From: Asterias rubens
Lineage: Eukaryota
Reading direction: 5' to 3'
DNA length: 64,000 bases
Assembly: GCF_902459465.1 (NCBI RefSeq)
Contig: NC_047081.1
Span: forward strand, 1,054,001 to 1,118,000
The position numbers and the translations under genes are program-made. This document shows positions 62,049 through 64,000 of this stretch, one piece after another. The notes beneath the pieces are model-generated. The model ran no database searches, had not been told where the DNA came from, and saw only the letters and a program-made list of their open reading frames with translations. Within the stretch, counting starts at the first letter, position 1; the number at the start of each line of letters is the position of its first letter.

Positions 62049-64000
62049 TCACAGATTACTCAACGGGGAAGCCTTCACCAAATCTGGTGTGATTTCAGCA
62101 ACTGATGAACAACCTGACGATAAAATGGAAATACAAAAAAAATATTTTGTAATGATTTGTTTGAATCATATTTAATTTTAAATGTCCTGTTTTAATGAAT
62201 GCGTCATCCCTCAACTTTTGTTTAACATAAACTTTATAGATAATTACCAGTCCGCCCCATTGCCAAACTGAACTCGTCTTTCAGGATATCCAGAACCTTT
62301 CTTACTCCTGCCTCGCCCTGAAAAAAAATATCAAGAAATAAAACTGAATCCAAGCCCTTACCAGTGTGTACTTTCACCGATTCCCGTTTGAAACTTTGTT
62401 TAAAATTAGCGTGTAATTTACTTACATTGTAAGCGAGACCCCAGAGTGCCGGCCTGCCGATGAAGACGGCTCTAGCCCCCATGGCCAATGCTTTGAGTAC
62501 GTCGGTTCCTTTACGGACTCCACCATCGAGATAAACCTCAATGTTTGAACCTTTTACTGCCTCGACCACCTCCGATAAAGAATCTATCTGTAACGGAAAA
62601 TATCACATCGACATAACATCGGCGAATTTATTTATGATATTGGATGCTTTTGTATGTATTTTCATATTGAAGAAACGTTCAGACGTGAAACATGAAGTTG
62701 GTATCAAATAAAAGTATCAAAATACCAGAAACTTTACTTTACCGTTGCAGCTACGCCATCCAACTGCCGACCTCCGTGATTAGAAACTAAGATACCAGCT
62801 ACACCGAGGCTTGCCGCCATCTTGGCACTCTCAGCTACAAGAGAAACATGTAATTATCAATCAATACTCATTGTAAATTACTGGTAGTTGTTGACATTTT
62901 GAGGATTGGGTTTTCCAAACTAATTTTTAAAGTTATTAGATTTTTCGTGGCGATAAAATTGGTAATTGTTAAAGACCGGTATGCTCGCTTGGTGTATCCC
63001 AACATTATTATGCATGAAATAATAAAATTTTGGCTCAATGGTCATTAAAATTTGCAAGAGAATAATAAAAGAAAATAAACCTTGTTGCATTACTTTGTGT
63101 GCTGTCAGATGCATAATTATAATAAAAGGCTTCAGCTGAAGTCTTTGGATGTTTAAGTGACCAATATATAGTGTTCAGTGCCTTTAACGCGCAAATAGAT
63201 TGAGACTTCTCTGATATTCTTTTGGGAGTCCGTTTGGACAACCAACCCTGCAGGAGTTATACGGGCCTCAATTGGTTCTCATTCCCACGAAAATTCAGTG
63301 GAATGCTCAATACATGTTTGGTAAAGTCAAGATTGAGATATTCGTATATATAGAGAGTTGAAGAATATTCGGCAATTTTGGCGCGAGTTTTTTTATATAT
63401 TTTTTTACAGTTGTACCGAGTATTTCTGCCTCGCAGAGTTTGTTGCAACGTACAGTTGAATTGCTCTTTCGGAAGTCCGCTCGTTTAGGCGGGAGTTGTT
63501 CACTGTTATTGTTTCCTCACCTGTGAGTATGCCTTTGAGAATGATAGGTAATGACGTCACACCCTGAAGCCATCTGACGTCATTACCGGTAAAAGCAGGG
63601 CTCACCATCTCATTGTGATACCAGCGAGATCTCTTGAGGTTAAAAACGTTCGGTAGCCTAAACGAAGAAAACCCAAAACTCTTAAAAGTCTTAGAATTAT
63701 TTTGAGACAATCGACAATTTAGAGAAATACAGAAACAAGACTTTACTAGCGGTGAAAATTACGTAAGTGCATTAATCTCTACCATAATAAGAACCTGCCT
63801 TAAAGTGTTTGGTATACATTGTGTACATGACATGAATCCCTACTCACCGTGAATGAAGATAATATGCATAAACTTTAAGATAATTACCTGATAGAAGTTT
63901 CGGCATCATTTGTCGACAAATGTTTTAGAGAAAATTCAAAAGGTGATGTTGTTGTTGTTGTTAATTTACTCACTTCAGTTCTTTGACATCTTTGACATCG
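62049..64000 (-). CDS. HAO1: Hydroxyacid oxidase copy B (5' part outside window); complement(join(62049..62113,62248..62317,62426..62587,62743..62834,63521..63657,63974..>64000))
   Basis: Exon 4-8 sizes (137/92/162/70/65 nt) are identical to copy A, splice sites are intact, the same FMN-binding motifs are present, and the protein ends ...ASPLSNL*. Confidence 0.9.

Overview
AT-rich, intron-rich eukaryotic (invertebrate-like) genomic DNA. An echinoderm/sea-star origin is my impression only and is not demonstrated. Five complete spliced genes and one partial gene were rebuilt by hand with phase-consistent exons: (1) an ankyrin-repeat DHHC palmitoyltransferase (+, 2412-7567) containing an AT-AC minor-spliceosome intron; (2) RAP1GDS1/SmgGDS (-, 13002-24848); (3) PAQR3 (+, 43603-46625); (4) a TMEM72/Flower-like small membrane protein (+, 48799-55047); (5,6) two tandem FMN-dependent hydroxyacid oxidase (HAO) paralogs (-, 57132-60156 complete; 62049->64000 partial). 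There is also an intronless 197-aa ORF resembling a LINE ORF1 fragment (26283-26876) and a ~15 kb stretch (27-43 kb) with no recognisable gene. Introns and intergenic DNA are dense with MITEs (several with clear TSDs), tRNA-derived SINE fragments and mini/microsatellites. The best leads are the AT-AC intron, the HAO paralogs (non-canonical active-site residues, divergent loop 4, different C-terminal tripeptides), a duplicated splice donor, the ORF1-like gene, a decayed ORF cluster at 36.7-38.2 kb and recurrent CTCF-like motifs near gene boundaries. I found no prokaryotic-type system (CRISPR etc.).
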